From Utricularia gibba (lineage: Eukaryota; Plantae; Magnoliophyta): DNA of 64,000 bases. Shown here one piece after another: positions 1 to 13,289 of this stretch. The first letter of the stretch is position 1, and each line of letters begins with the position of its first letter. The notes below the pieces were generated by a model. It searched no databases and had not been told where the DNA came from. It was given only the letters and a program-made list of their open reading frames with translations. The stretch is taken from positions 2,542,001 through 2,606,000 of the forward strand of contig NEEC01000008.1 of NCBI GenBank assembly GCA_002189035.1. The letters run 5' to 3'. Both the position numbers and the translations under genes were made by a program.

Positions 1-1151
1 CTCTCTAAGTACAATATCCAGAATCTGAAGAGCATCTTTAGGTCCATCTACACGCTTTCCAGCGAGAAATTGGCCTAAATGATGTAAGTTTGTCCGAGCA
101 ACAAACTTGATTACTACTTTGTATTCTCTCTCTCTCCTGAAACATCGAGGAACCAACTTAAGTTTTAGACTCTCTTCGATGTAGTAACCACTAGATGCGT
201 CTACAATGCAACATCTTACTTAGGGCCATTCACATGGTCTTCATTTTCTATAAGCTTAACTTTGAACTCCTTCCAGGAAAAGGGAAGATCACCAGCAGTA
301 TACAGATTCTTACTTCCATCGTAAGCAGGCAATCTCGATCCCAAATCAGTTTCCTTATAATGTTTTACAAGTTCAGCCATTATTGCTCTATTTACAGCTT
401 TAGATTTCACTTCAGGTGTAACGGTTACCTGTTAGAAGAAGCAACAAACCATGCATCAAAGAACGAATCAAAGAAACAACCAGCAGTCAAGATCCATTAA
501 TGGTGGTGTGGAAAAGGACCACAATGGTTGTCAGTTTAACTCGATTACAATTGCCAAGGACCACAAAAAGAGGTTATAAACAAAACGAATATCAGCAAAA
601 GACCCCTGCCCCAGCAATTGATTGTTCTAACTAACCCAGCAGAAGCAATTACTTCAGAAGAATCATAACAAGGACTTGCTTACATCATAATGATTCAAAT
701 CCTTGTCAGGCAACTCTGCGAAGAAATGGTTAGCCTTCACAATGCACTTCGTCCCAAGATGCCCAAAACCAGGTCTCGACGGAAAGCTCAAATTCTTGCT
801 TGAATTACGAAAACCCAACTGCGATTCCCCATTAAATGCAACGATTCCATTAGCTGAAGCTGCTGAAACACAATTTGTTTCTTGTTCTCCACCAACCAGT
901 TGGTTTGAAGTGGCGCAAGGTCTCGAACTTGGGTCGATTTGTTCGGATTTTTTGGCACCCCTTCTTCTTCTACTTCCTCTAGATTTAGGCGAAGGCTGAT
1001 CAGAAAGTTTTGTACTCTGGGGCTCCTGGGCATCTCTGATTTTTCCATTTTGTACAGTTTTTGAGTTCTTTTGTATCCCATTACCTCCATTCTGTTGTAC
1101 CTGGGGCTTGATGGCAACCTGCGCCTCTGAATTTCCTATTACTTGCCTCAT
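1..1151 (-). CDS. AGO10: Argonaute 10 (PINHEAD/ZWILLE)-like, 5' part; gene continues beyond the left edge. Exons 1151-684, 428-220, 136-1
   Basis: Spliced translation gives [53 protein letters not shown] and [26 protein letters not shown]. The N-terminus (KTVQNGK, RRRRG.KKSEQ, RPSSRP) fits the AGO10 clade rather than the Gln/Gly-rich AGO1 type. GT-AG sites keep the frame. Confidence 0.88.
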
Positions 1152-3422
1152 GGTATAATATCCTCTTACCCGACTTGGTTCTTGCCTTCAAAGACAAAGG
1201 CTACATCTGCAGACAATTGAACAACGAACTTGAAGAACAGTTTTATTTTCTGTTTAAAAGTTCGCAAACTGCATGCGACTGTAGAAATTTTCTGAATATG
1301 GAAGCCGAGGCACGGAAAATGCAAGACGAGATCCTTTAATTAAATTACAGAGATGACACTCCACTCCACTCATATATTTCATCAAAAAGAACAGAAATAA
1401 GCTCCAACGAGCACACGAATAACACAATTAAGCATGAAGATGAACTTCCTTCAAAGAGAATGGTGATAAAAATAACAGCATCGTGTAAGAACTACTGAAA
1501 AGGAAAAAAAGTAAAAAGTTTGAGATCGAAAATTTACGAGAAGGGAGGAAGAAGCCATTTTAGCGAGGGAAAGAAAAATCCACTTTAGCAAGGCTTCATC
1601 GGGGTAGAGTGAAAAGCAACATTCACGCTTAGACAAAAGCTATCTACCAAAAATCCAAAGCTTTCTTCAAGACTTTCTGCTGGGGGAGCCCAGTATCCAG
1701 AATGTCACCAGGGAGAAGGATATAGATGCAGATGTGCTTGAAAATGGCGCACTTGAGAGCACATACAGATATATTACTAAAACCGTCTTATACGATGAAA
1801 TCTAATCAAATGGGAAGTATACCCACAAGACAAAAGAGTAGTTCATCTTGTCCCCTGACGAAAACCATGACCGATGCAGCAAAAAGAAGAAATTGTTTTC
1901 AAATAAACCACGGTGTCGAAGGAAGACAACACTTTGAGTCATAGTGTAGGCACACCAAAATAAATGTTTTTGTGATTAAACAAATAATAATTCGCTTGGC
2001 ATACATATCCTGCACGAGAATAAATAACTCTGAGGGAAAATAACACTGCTCAAGAAAGCAAGTAAAAACGCCTAGAAAGCAACAAAAGGCAGCAACGACA
2101 GAAGAGCTCAACTCAAAACAAAACTACTGGGTTTTGTTGTTTAAGCAACTCATAGAACAAATCACTGCAAAAGCAAGCCAAGCAAATCCCGTTGCTCAAA
2201 ACAACTCTGAAAGAGCCCCAAAGTTTGAAGCTTTATACGAACCAATGGAGACTGAAGGCAGAATCTTTTTTCCCTTGAATCCGAGCTTTTTGAAACAAAA
2301 ACATGATCTTATCTTTCCTACAAACAATAAAGAAGCTTTCAAAGTAAAAACAGCAAGTGGTGAGGTGAGAAAGAGATGGGAAAAAGGTGACTGTTCCCAC
2401 TATTGAGTAAAAAGAAAAGTGTTGTTAAAGTGGGGAGGCAAAGATGAGTGCCTCGGGGAGGTACGAAAGAAAGAGCAAATGACTTTGAATCCCCCACTTT
2501 CTTAATCATCACGCATGCAAGAATTGCTTTTGATGCTGTGTTCCCCTTTTTATTCATTTATCCATCACGTGAAGTGTGTAAATAGAGCTTTCTTTTATGA
2601 CTTCCCCTTTTCAAGCCTTTGCCTCCATCATCATTACCAACAGCAGCTCGGCTCGCACCACCTACGTAAGCCACACACATTTAGAGGAGGCCACCTTCTC
2701 TTTTCTTAGTCCTCCGGCTGCAGCTTTGGGTCTGCAACCATGGCATTTTCTGAGGACATTTATTTTCCCATTTTCCATCAAAAATTGGTTCGGAAAACAT
2801 TATTCCTAATAAGATCCCACCAAAAGTGAGTTCAACATTGATACTTTCAAAAAAAAGTAGATGTTTGCTTCCCCCAACACCCACTTCTCTTTTCCTGAAG
2901 CGCAGCAGACACTCGCTGGGATGTTGGGTTGTAATTATTAGTTGACCCAATGAACATGTGATGCATTATTAGACAGGGGAAGCGCTGTTGAAGAATAATT
3001 TTGAAGTTCTGCGTTCTGCCCACCTGCACTCTCCCCAAGCTGGCTCCTTTCTTTTAATTACCAGAGGAAAAAGAAGACATGATCCAAGTTTTGGCCGTGG
3101 CCGGTGGAAGGGACGATGAGGTTAACGGCGGGGTCCACCCTGGGATGGCTCAAGTCGTTTTTCTATGCTTTTACGCAGAGGCAGAGGGTCGTTTGGATTT
3201 TTCCCTTGGCGTGGCTTCTGATCGCTGAAGGAACAAAAGGGAAAGGGGGCTGGGGTTGTCCCTCTGCTCGCAATCCACCGTCTCTGCATTTCGTCGGCAT
3301 TTAATTAGCATCCAGCAGCAGCGCAGCCACCGCCACCACCACCCATCGGAACGACAATAAATAAAGATGGTCCCTATTCCCAAACTACCCTCCACCTTCC
3401 AAATTGGATTAATATATAGTAA

Positions 3423-3803
3423 AGGTCGTTTGGTTAGTAGAATAAGTTATTCAAGATAAAATTAAGTGGTATAGTGAATTAAGATTAGATGAGAATGTAT
3501 TTTGATGTGTTTAGTTTGTATTGTAATAATTGGAATAGAATAGTTGTTTGTATGTCTAAAATAACGAAAATATCTTTATTTTATTGAATTGATTTTTCTA
3601 CAAAAAAAAAAGCAAAAATCATTTACTGTATTGTTGTATAGAATTAAAAAATCTCACCTAATAAGACTGAATTATTTTATATTATTTTTGTGAGATAAAA
3701 AATCTATACAATAAATGATAATTAATACCTTATTTATAACTAAACACCATATAATAATATATTATTTAATTATTCTTTTTTATCCCACGAATCAAATACA
3801 TCC
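3423..3803. mobile_element. Degenerate Tourist/PIF-Harbinger-type MITE (~380 bp)
   Basis: Imperfect terminal inverted repeats: AGGTCGTTTGGTTAGTAGAATAA at left versus GGATGTATTTGATTCGTGGGATAA as reverse complement of the right end. TAA flanks both sides (3420-3422, 3804-3806). Interior is AT-rich and non-coding. Confidence 0.55.
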
Positions 3804-4342
3804 TAAAGTTTTATTTCAATCCAAAAACAATTATCCTTAAACAAAAAAATAGAAAAAGAAACATGAAAAATGGATCATGAAATATTAAACACGTGTGCCT
3901 ATTTCATAAAAAAACAAAATAAAATATAGTGATTTTATAATGGATATACATTACCTATTATTATTACTATTATAATATACATAGATAGGTTATATATAAA
4001 TACTTGTTATGTTAATTTTGTAGTGAATAAAACTAAAAATTTGCATGTGAAAAACGTTTAGAATAACAATGTAAGTGTAATAAATTATTTTTTTAGAAAT
4101 TGTTATTGTGGATTCTTGTACCGGATCATCTTTATTCTTTTCGAGCTCCGACAAAGGGATCTTGAGTCACACTGTAAGAAGAGAAGAGAGTAATGCGACT
4201 CAACCCAACTAACATCGTGCTTCCCTGGCTTCGTTCATCATCAGCTCCTGCAAATTCTACATGATTATTAATGAGTCATTTTCCCGGTTATTGATCTCCC
4301 CAGTTGTTCTAGAACGACATCCAGGCAAACTCCCTTTTCCAT

Positions 4343-6605
4343 CTACACCTCCGGCCATTCTGATGGGGGTTTCACTTCTCGGAGCTGAACGGAGTTGTCC
4401 ACGCAATGATGGAATCCGAAATGAGGGAACTTCTCGTACCAAGTTTCCTGCTGCGCATGAGTGTCCCAGTGCTCGCCGCTGCTGCTCCTGCCGTACTTGT
4501 GAACCCAACCGGATCCATTGTGACCTTCACCCCATGTCCTGTTCCATCGGTCACCGTGCTTGCCTTCCCACCAGCTCTCCCCTTGCTTCACTCCCTGCCC
4601 CTCCGGGTTGAAATGCTCGTCCCATTTGTCGCCCCATTTGGACCACCCCTCTCCTTCATTCCGCTCAGCCCATTTGTCTGTGTACTTTACGCTTCCTCCT
4701 TCCCCATCGTACTCCTCACCCCATCTGTTTTCGTCAGTCATGGTTGTTACTCAAGCTGATGAGGTCAGGAGTTCATTGTGCTCCAGCGTTGTGATAGTGT
4801 GCAGGCTTTCAATGTGTAATATGATGCTTCATACCTTTCGTGCCAGATGTGCGCGTGGCCTGGGTCAACAGGAGTGGTTGGATCAATGGAACACCATTTG
4901 TGAGCCCATTTGTTTGCTCGGCCAGAGGCATCATAGTGCTCAAACCACTTCTCCTGCCATTCTTCTCCTCGCGCATTCTTCCCCCACTTATCAGCTGTCT
5001 TCTCGATGTTACTGCATCCTTCACTCTGCAAATGCAAAACAAAAAGATTGATATTTAGCATTCAGGAAGAGTCAGCTTCAGAATGAACGGAATTTTGCCA
5101 AGTTTGAACAACCAGGGCCATTGATTCCCTCCAGTACTCGCGCCAGACATTCCCTGCAGCATCACGCCCTGATTTTTCAGATCCAAGTTCTTTGTAACCA
5201 AGCTCATTAGCAGCTTCCCAGTATTTATTTTCCCACTCGCGCGTCCCATCAGCAGTTACAGCTCTCGTTAGTGTCCATTTGCATAAGACCCCATCAGGTC
5301 TTTGCTCTACCCCTGTCTCCGTCCACCACCTTGTTCCATCTGGATTCACTCCGGTCATCGGCATTGCATCCACTTTACTTAGTGCATCAACAGCCTCAGC
5401 AGCTTTCATTGAAAACTCAACTTCGATTTCTTGTTGCGGTTGCAAATGTGGTGTTTGTTGAGTCAATTCGTCTACACTTACCTCCACAACTGACTCAATA
5501 GGAGGAAGCCTAAGGCTGCTGTTGCTCTCAATCGTTGATGTCTCAAATGGGATGGAGAGAAACTCAAGTTCACGTTCCTTCTCCATGAAGGGGATGCCTG
5601 GAACCAAAGATGAAGAAAGTTGCTGAACCGGCTGGACTTCAATATCTGAAATGTTTCTTTGGGCATCTGAAGGAGGAGGAGGCAACCATGACCAGAAACT
5701 TGGACCAGGTGTTGTCCCTGATTCTTCCTCAAAAAAGCTCCCGTTCCCATTTCCTGACCGAGCATGAAATATTAGGCTTCCAAGTAGCGAATCTCACAAC
5801 ACAGCAAAAACCAACACAAACCAGCATTTCATATTACTGAAAGGCAGCTTCTTTATAAACAGCATACTCCGAACACAGAAAAAGGGGGCACTCATCGTAT
5901 AGAATGGAAAATAGATGTATACACAGCGATCACCTCGAGTTAATATGGAGTTCATTGTTTCTTTATAGCCCATAAAAGAATCCTTAATGCAGATGTAGCA
6001 AAGTGAAGAAGAAATCCAAACAATTTCAATCCAATCACTATAGCAGCAAGGAGAAGTTGAGCGACGGATTTCATTTTACCTTTCTTGGTTTGATCCTCCA
6101 CCACCTCGTCGTTTTTCACTCCCTCATCGACGGATGATTTCTCAATAAGGGGCACATTCTCCTTCAGCAAAGCCCTTGCTGCCGATATCGCCGCAGCCGC
6201 TCGATCAATGACCTGCATTCTCTGGACCCTGTCTCTTTCTTCATCGGAAACGTACAGAAGTTTCTCGAACTCGGCATTCCTCTTCTTCTCCAACTCCTTG
6301 TCATTTTCCTCTCCAGCACTGCCTGCCCCCTCCTCCCTCTGAATCGCTTCCAAAGAATTTTCGGCCAATCGCTCAAAATCGACGGTCTTCCTTTCCCCGT
6401 CGACCGCCTTCATCCACATATCGAAGTAAGACTCCGGGGCGTCACCAGCCGCCTCAATTCTTGAAACACTAAACCGTTTCGCAGCCCTCCCATGGTGAAG
6501 CTTCGTCAAAATGAAAATGGGCTTCTTGAACTCCCGGAAACGAAACAATCGGGAGCCGTCATCCACAGTGGCGCGTGAGAGAATCAGGTCGAAACGGGTG
6601 GCCAT
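4343..6605 (-). CDS. LESV: LIKE EARLY STARVATION (LESV), plastid starch-granule Trp-rich protein. Exons 6605-6081, 5753-5115 (approx), 5025-4835, 4724-4343
   Basis: Trp-rich C-terminal half (YWEAANELGYKELGSEKSGRD, IEKTADKWG, WAHKWC, KYTDKWAER, WGEGHNGSGWVHKYG, WYEKFPHFGF) follows a long N-terminal extension with a transit-peptide-like start, as in LESV. No Pro-rich tail of the ESV1 type. Confidence 0.85.
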
Positions 6606-7330
6606 CGGCGGCGAGTTCGGAATCTTGGGTCGCTAGAAACCAGGGAAAAAAATACAGCTAACTGAGAATCGGCTTTTAGCTGACTGAACAGAAGTTTGTT
6701 ATCTTCCCAATGGAGTCGGAAGCCACATTTTTCGTGGAATCCAAGTCAAGTCCCGATGCCATCTCGAGGTCGATCGGAACAAGGGCTTGCATTTCCCACA
6801 TAAATAACCAAAATGCTGCAGGGGAAATGAGAAAATATCTAAAATTATTTCCCTTCCCCCTCTTTTTTAACAATTAAAAAATATCTTCTGTAATTAGATT
6901 TGGCAAGAAACTCTTTTTGGACGCTAAAATAATATTTATTCCAAGAAATATTTCAATCAAATATATTATTTAAAAATTAAGTGATAAATAAAAAATATTA
7001 ATTTTTATTTTAGTGTAACACTAATGATGGGTAACTAATTTCATAGACGATGCTAAAATCTATCTATATTAGAAAAGTGAACATCCTTAACTTACTATAT
7101 GATAAAAATAACCAACTTATGTATAATAAATTAATAGTAATGTATAATATACAATGAAATGATTGACCCATACAATTCAATTTTCTAAATGAACCAGAGA
7201 ATTCACATTACTATGATAAGTCTAGGTTGCAGTTTATTACAAGAATGTAGGATGTACGGAAGCCGTCGCACCCACGAATAAGATGGCGGCGCGGCGACCG
7301 GACACCACGCAATGAATGAAGAATGTTCGG

Positions 7331-9214
7331 CTAGGAGTGGCCACGGCGGGAAGCGGCGAGAGTGGAGACGGTGGGAACCTCCGCCGGAAAATCATTGATC
7401 TCATCAAGCCAGGGGTTGTTGTTCTTCTCCCCTGCCGGGTCGACGCATCGGAGGGCCTTCCAGACGGCGCTGTTGCATTTGAAACCTGAGCCGAAGGCGA
7501 TCTGCCATACCCGCTCGCCCTTCCGTATGCGCCCTTTTGCTTCTGTGTAGGCCAGCTCGTACCACAGGGAGCTACTCGAAGTGTTCCCGAATCGAAACAG
7601 GGTCATTCTGGAGGGCTCCATGTGCCACTTGGTGAGTTGAAGATTCTTCTCGAGCTCATCCAGCACCGCCCGCCCGCCGGCGTGGATGCAGAAGTGTTCG
7701 AAGGCAAGCTTGAAATCCGGAATGTACGGCTTTATCTTCTTCCTGTTGAACACTTTCTTCATCACTAAAGTGGCGAAGAAGAGAAGCTGTTCGGACATGG
7801 GGAGCACGAGAGGTCCGAGGGTGGTTATGTTTGTCTTCAACGCTTCTCCGGCTACCGCCATTAGGTCCTTAGAAAGCGAGACGCCGATCTCACCCTCGTC
7901 GTCTTCGTCTTGGAAAACACACGAGTAGCTTCGATCATCGGCGCCTTTGTTGGTTCTCACCGTGTGAACGAGTTGGTATTTTGCTCTCCGGCGATCTGAT
8001 GGTTTGTTCGACAGGAGAATGGCTGCTCCACCCATCCGGAATATACAGTTTGAGACAAGCTTCGAGCGCTGGTTACCGGAATACCAGTTCAGAGTTATAT
8101 TCTCCATGCTCACAACCAGAGCATATGACTTGGGGGTCACCTGTTTTTTTTTTTTTCAGCAGCAGCAGAAACCATAATCAGTCAAGGTTCCAACTACACA
8201 GAAATTGAGGTTTGAACAAGAAAACAACTCCCATTTGCCCAAGGAAGAATTCCATTATTATGACAAGAGACCAATCAGAAGAATATGGACCCAGGTATAT
8301 AAACAAATGATTGAGGAGCAGTTATTACATGGTGTCTATATCAGTGAGTCATTAGCATATTGAAACACGCATGTGTTCGCCCAACTGCCAACAAACTAAA
8401 ATCATTTCCAATGGAGAGGAGGAGTTGGAAGAGGAACCTGTAGCAGTCGATTGGCGAGGTCGATGGAGATGAGACCTGCGCTGCATCCCATTCCACCGAG
8501 GTTGTAGCTCAGTATGTTTCCCCTCAGCTTGTAATGGTTAACGATCATGGCAGAAAGGGATGGAGTTGGGTTGAACAAGCTGCAGTTCACCACCACAATC
8601 CCAATATCCCTCGCCTTAACTCCTGTTTTACTCAGCAGCGCATCTATGGCGCCAAACATAACTACCTCGGCCTCCTTCCTCGCCGCATCCATACTGGGGT
8701 TCGCCGGAACGCTCATTATAGCGTCTGGGAGGTATGTTTTTTCTCCCAAACCCGATCTCTCAGTTATTCTCCTCTGTAGCTCCAAATTCTCCGCGGTGTA
8801 GCACTTTTTCAAGTGGGATAACTCGATGAACCTCTCTCTGCTGCACATATTCTTCGATTCAGGCTTGTAACACGCGAAGTCGACTAGGAAAACTTTCCTG
8901 GGCCGGCTCATGAAATAAAGCGTTGCCAGGAATACCATCAGGGTTGAGCAAAGCACAACGGTGATGAGATTGAACCTCAGTTGGTCCCATAACAGAAGAA
9001 TATCCTGTGGCTTGACCGTCGAAAGATGAGCGGAGGAGATCGCTAGTGATGGTATAGCAAGTAAATACATCGCGTGGGAGATCAAATGGTGATACCCAAG
9101 TTTCACATATTTCAATCTAATCGACTGCTGGAAGTTGGGGAGCTTCCGTTTCCCTCCGTGCCCCTCCGCCTCGACGGCGATCTTCCCCACGGACTCATCT
9201 TCGCGGTTCCGCAT
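7331..9214 (-). CDS. KCS: 3-ketoacyl-CoA synthase (VLCFA elongase condensing enzyme), KCS2/KCS20-like. Exons 9214-8438, 8140-7331
   Basis: Motifs [19 protein letters not shown] (catalytic Cys), [21 protein letters not shown] and [11 protein letters not shown]. The ORF-track start at 9235 is GTG; the first in-frame ATG is 9214. Confidence 0.95.
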
Positions 9215-10831
9215 CCCTGAAACGGCAGCACCCACCGGAGCAAGAGTCGCCGTCTGTCTCCGATTGGTTGTGCGGTTGAGAACACGGATCTGGCAGAGCA
9301 GCCCCCAGCATTTAAAGCGGCTGTCACATGGCGGGCAGAAGGGTGAGGTGAGGGGCCGGTGAAAGATGGCGGGGGGAATTCAACCACCCCAGCGAATTCC
9401 TAATCAAAATTCGGCATTCGCATTTAAGTTTGGCATATAAGCCGGTGGCTGTCCCTGTGTGAAAACGACGAACTTGCCAGAACCACCCACCAAACCATGC
9501 AATCTTTTTTAAAGTTCTTTTACCCAAATTATCATATAATAATCTTCCTATTCTATTTTATTTTTTAAATTTCACATGTTCTGTTTTAGGACCTTAGTTA
9601 AAGGAGATCGATACTCAAATGCATTCTGGCTTTAAAAAAACCAGAAAAATTGTAACGAAAGTGGGAAAGACTGAATTCCTCAGATCATGGAACATCCATC
9701 AACTATAAAGTAAGTATCTTTGATCTTGAAAGCTGCTGTTAGTTATGACAATGAGGTGTTTGAGGCTGATTCGATACATGTTATGTTGATGAAGAGAAGC
9801 CCAGTAGGATGGAGGAGGAGGAGTGTGGAAAGACAGATATGAGAAAAAAAGATTGATTTACTTGTCTCATTTGGTTTCTTCTGCAGAAATTTATAGTGTG
9901 AACATCACATGTACTACAAAACCATTACTATCAAAGCAGCTGATGACAATCCTGAGCATCTTCCCAATGATCAGAAGCAGGAACTTGTCTATGTACTCCC
10001 TGTGTTTCTCTCGGAAGCTGATGGAAGAAAAGTCAAGTTTTTTGGGATCGGTTGCTGAACATCATGTGCGTTGTTGAGGCCATGTTTGCGTGCCGGCAGT
10101 TGGAACTTGGCAGACTCTATTTACTTCATCAAGTACATGTCTTTGTTTAGCAGCAGCAAGTCTCCAAGTAGTGCTTCCTTTCGTTTGTTTCCTTCGATTT
10201 AAGAATCACAAGTTACAACCACCTATTCTTATGTACAGGTAACTGTTCCGCATCCAACTAGATTCCAAGTTGTTATGCCCTCGTACAATCGAAGACGACA
10301 AGACAAAGAGGGCCTCATCTGGGTTGCATTTTTAAAGAGTATCCTACGCGACATGGAATGGCGAACGCAAGCAAATCTCACCTTCTCCTCAGTACAAACT
10401 TGTACTACCATTCATCACTCAACAAGTATAGCATTGGATCTTTCAACCGGAACCAAATTATGGTATCCACAGAAGCTCCTGGCGCAGACAGCACACATAA
10501 TAAACAACTAAACCAACAAAGAGGCGTAACGAAAAGGGAATGTCGCCATGAAGTGAATGCGGTGGAGTTGGGGTGACAGGCCATCTGCTGGATCCACGAG
10601 CATTAAAAGTGGAGAGTTTGCTGGGGGACAAATTTATGGGCAGGTTCTGCCAGATTGGACGATGATTAAAACTCATCAAGCCTCCCAGGAGAAAGGGCAA
10701 CAGTTACCTTTTTCAATTGTAACTTCTCCTTTCTCTTTTTCATCATCTTCTTCCTAACCTATAGTGCTTGTCTTACATGCCCTGTTTCCCTGTTCCAGAG
10801 CAAATTTAAAATTAAAATACAAGCATCTAAC

Positions 10832-12170
10832 CTATTGATTCCTTGAAGTCATCACTCCCTCAGTGTCCTCATCTCTTCCGTACACCACAGAAAAATAGTG
10901 CCTCAAGTCTTCCGGTGTCAGCCCAGGGAATCGGCAGACAGATTCTGGCCGGAGATCGATCTGCACAAATGGCCAGCTCATACTCTCTGCAGCTTCACAT
11001 TCCTCTGTGCCATCGCCCACAACACAAAACCGGTTTTCTGGCCCCGGAAACCGCTCCTTGATCCACTTGAAGCATTGGAGCTTCCCCGCATCTAGAGAAC
11101 TGTAGACTGCAACGAAAACAGAATTAGACAGCGTGGGACTACAGTTGCCCATCTGATTTATTCTCAAGAACTCAACAGTCGAGATGTATGCAAGTGAGAG
11201 TCGACAAACCGTTGCTACATGTAAAGATTCCATTAAGTTGATACAAGAGGCATTTCACCAGGCTGGGAACCAGCGGTCCGGATGTAACAAGAATATTGAC
11301 ATTCTTGAAATCTGCATCTTTTTGGCCATTGGAAAGTGAAAATGTTCCAGAATCATGCGTCCCTTGTTCACACTTCTCCAGACAGTTCCTAGCTAAATGT
11401 ATGGCATTGACAAACTTTGGTGTTAGGGAAAATATTGTATGCTAATAGATCACTCTTAAGGAATGGATTACCTGCGGAAAGCCACCCATCAGTGTACGTG
11501 TCAGTTAAATTATACAGACGAGTCCACATATCAACATTGATAATACCTTGTAACCCCTGCCAACGTACATAGTAATAACGGATGATAATAACATTTACAA
11601 AATCTTCTATGCGGTTGGAACAAGTTTTGAAGACACACATGCTACAAGAAATGATAAACAAACAACAAAACTGTTGATTTACTGAAGCAACAAGAAGAAT
11701 AGCGGGAACACCTGACAATATTTTTCAGCTATCATACGATATCGATATGCCAATTTACGCTTGTTGACATCATCCAACGGATGACCAAAACCATCCTGGT
11801 TAAACTGGTAATTCCTGAGGTCCACACCATCATCGAACTGGCTCAACGTGTGAAGATGGGGCTGGTTGAAATTCTCAATCTGCATGACCACACACATGAT
11901 ACAAGAAGGCATGCACAGATGAATGCACACCAAAACAAAGACAAGGGAGAAGGGGAACAAAAACATATAACTAGCACTTACTTGTTCATATAAGAAATCT
12001 TTGTCGCAAATTTGAAGAATATGACTCTCCCATAGTTTGCCTATCGTAATACCATGTTCCACATCCTTCAAACCATTAAACGCCCCAGCATATGAGCCAT
12101 TTAGTAAAGACCTTAGCAATATAAGGGTCTCATCCATATCCCAAATATAAATGTTCCTTCGCTTTGCCAT
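10832..12170 (-). CDS. EYA: Eyes absent homolog (HAD-family tyrosine phosphatase). Exons 12170-11982, 11879-11712, 11556-11472, 11392-11210, 11106-10832
   Basis: HAD motif I IWDMDETLIL, NKRKLAYR, ILVTSGPLVPSLVKC, VYSSLDAGKLQCFKWIKERF and VGDGTEEC. All junctions are GT-AG and in frame. Confidence 0.93.
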
Positions 12171-13289
12171 GGTAGATCAGAACACACTTCCTCGATTTCA
12201 CTTTTTTGATTTTCCTTTTCCCATATGGGCGCAATTTGATTTCCCTTTATGCGGCATCAGGAGTCACACGCCGCCTTACAACACAAGAAAAACAAGTGAT
12301 TCTGTAAGAAGCTCATCATGTTGAAAATGCAACTTACTTTATCTTACATCAAAACTCACAAAATGAATCAGGTATAAAATAGAAAACCACCATTTGAAGA
12401 AGGGGTAACTGTTAGAATACTAAAAATCCGGCTCTACAACGAGAAAACTCTCAGCTACATCCAAACCCAGATCCAAAATCACAGTTCAATCAAAAAAAAT
12501 TTCAAAGGAAATAAGAATTGCAAAAGTTGGAATAAAGCATAATATACAAGTTGAATCTCATATGAAAAATCACCCGCACGAAAAGCAATTCCGTAAATGA
12601 AGAAGAAAGTTGACTGGAAAAGCGAATGGAAACCGGAGCCATAAGATCACAAACCTTCTGCCTAAGATTAGATACCATGGAAATTTTCTTTACTTCGCCG
12701 TCGCTACAAGTTCTTGGCCTTCTTTTAAATCGATAGTATAAAATTCGGTGTTTTGCGGTACAAAAACGGTATAAAACTGGTCATTTATTACATAAATGTA
12801 ATGAATTTAACTTTAAAAAATATTATATTTTAACAATCAATAGATGTTAGGGATGATAAAATATAAAAACATTATAGGGATAAGAGGATCACAAAGATAG
12901 CCATGGGGAGCATAGGAGGACAAAGGCATAATATGATCACATAAGCCTCTCAAATTTTCTAAGAATGGATTCACTCGAAATTTCTAACCCACTAATGAGG
13001 GAAATTAAGTATTAACTCAAAGATAGGGCCATCGTTACACGAAAGGAAATTACTCCCCATTATAAGAGAAATGACACCCCAACTCCTAGGGCTTAGAAAA
13101 ATGCTATCCAACTAGTGAGTTACCTGGGCATGATTCATGCTCGAATATGAATTCATTTCTATTTTACTTGCGTGAATTTAAGAATTAAATCGAACTGCTA
13201 CTACCTCCCTCAGGTAGACTTATGCTCATTCGGACATTTGAAACGAAAACGAGACTGAAAAGTTAGGTAGTCAGGCCAATAATTGAGGC

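Noticed and set aside
7059-7225. Helitron-like 5' end (A|TCTATCTATATTAGAAAAG)
   Set aside because: No subterminal hairpin, and the nearby CTAG is not followed by T.
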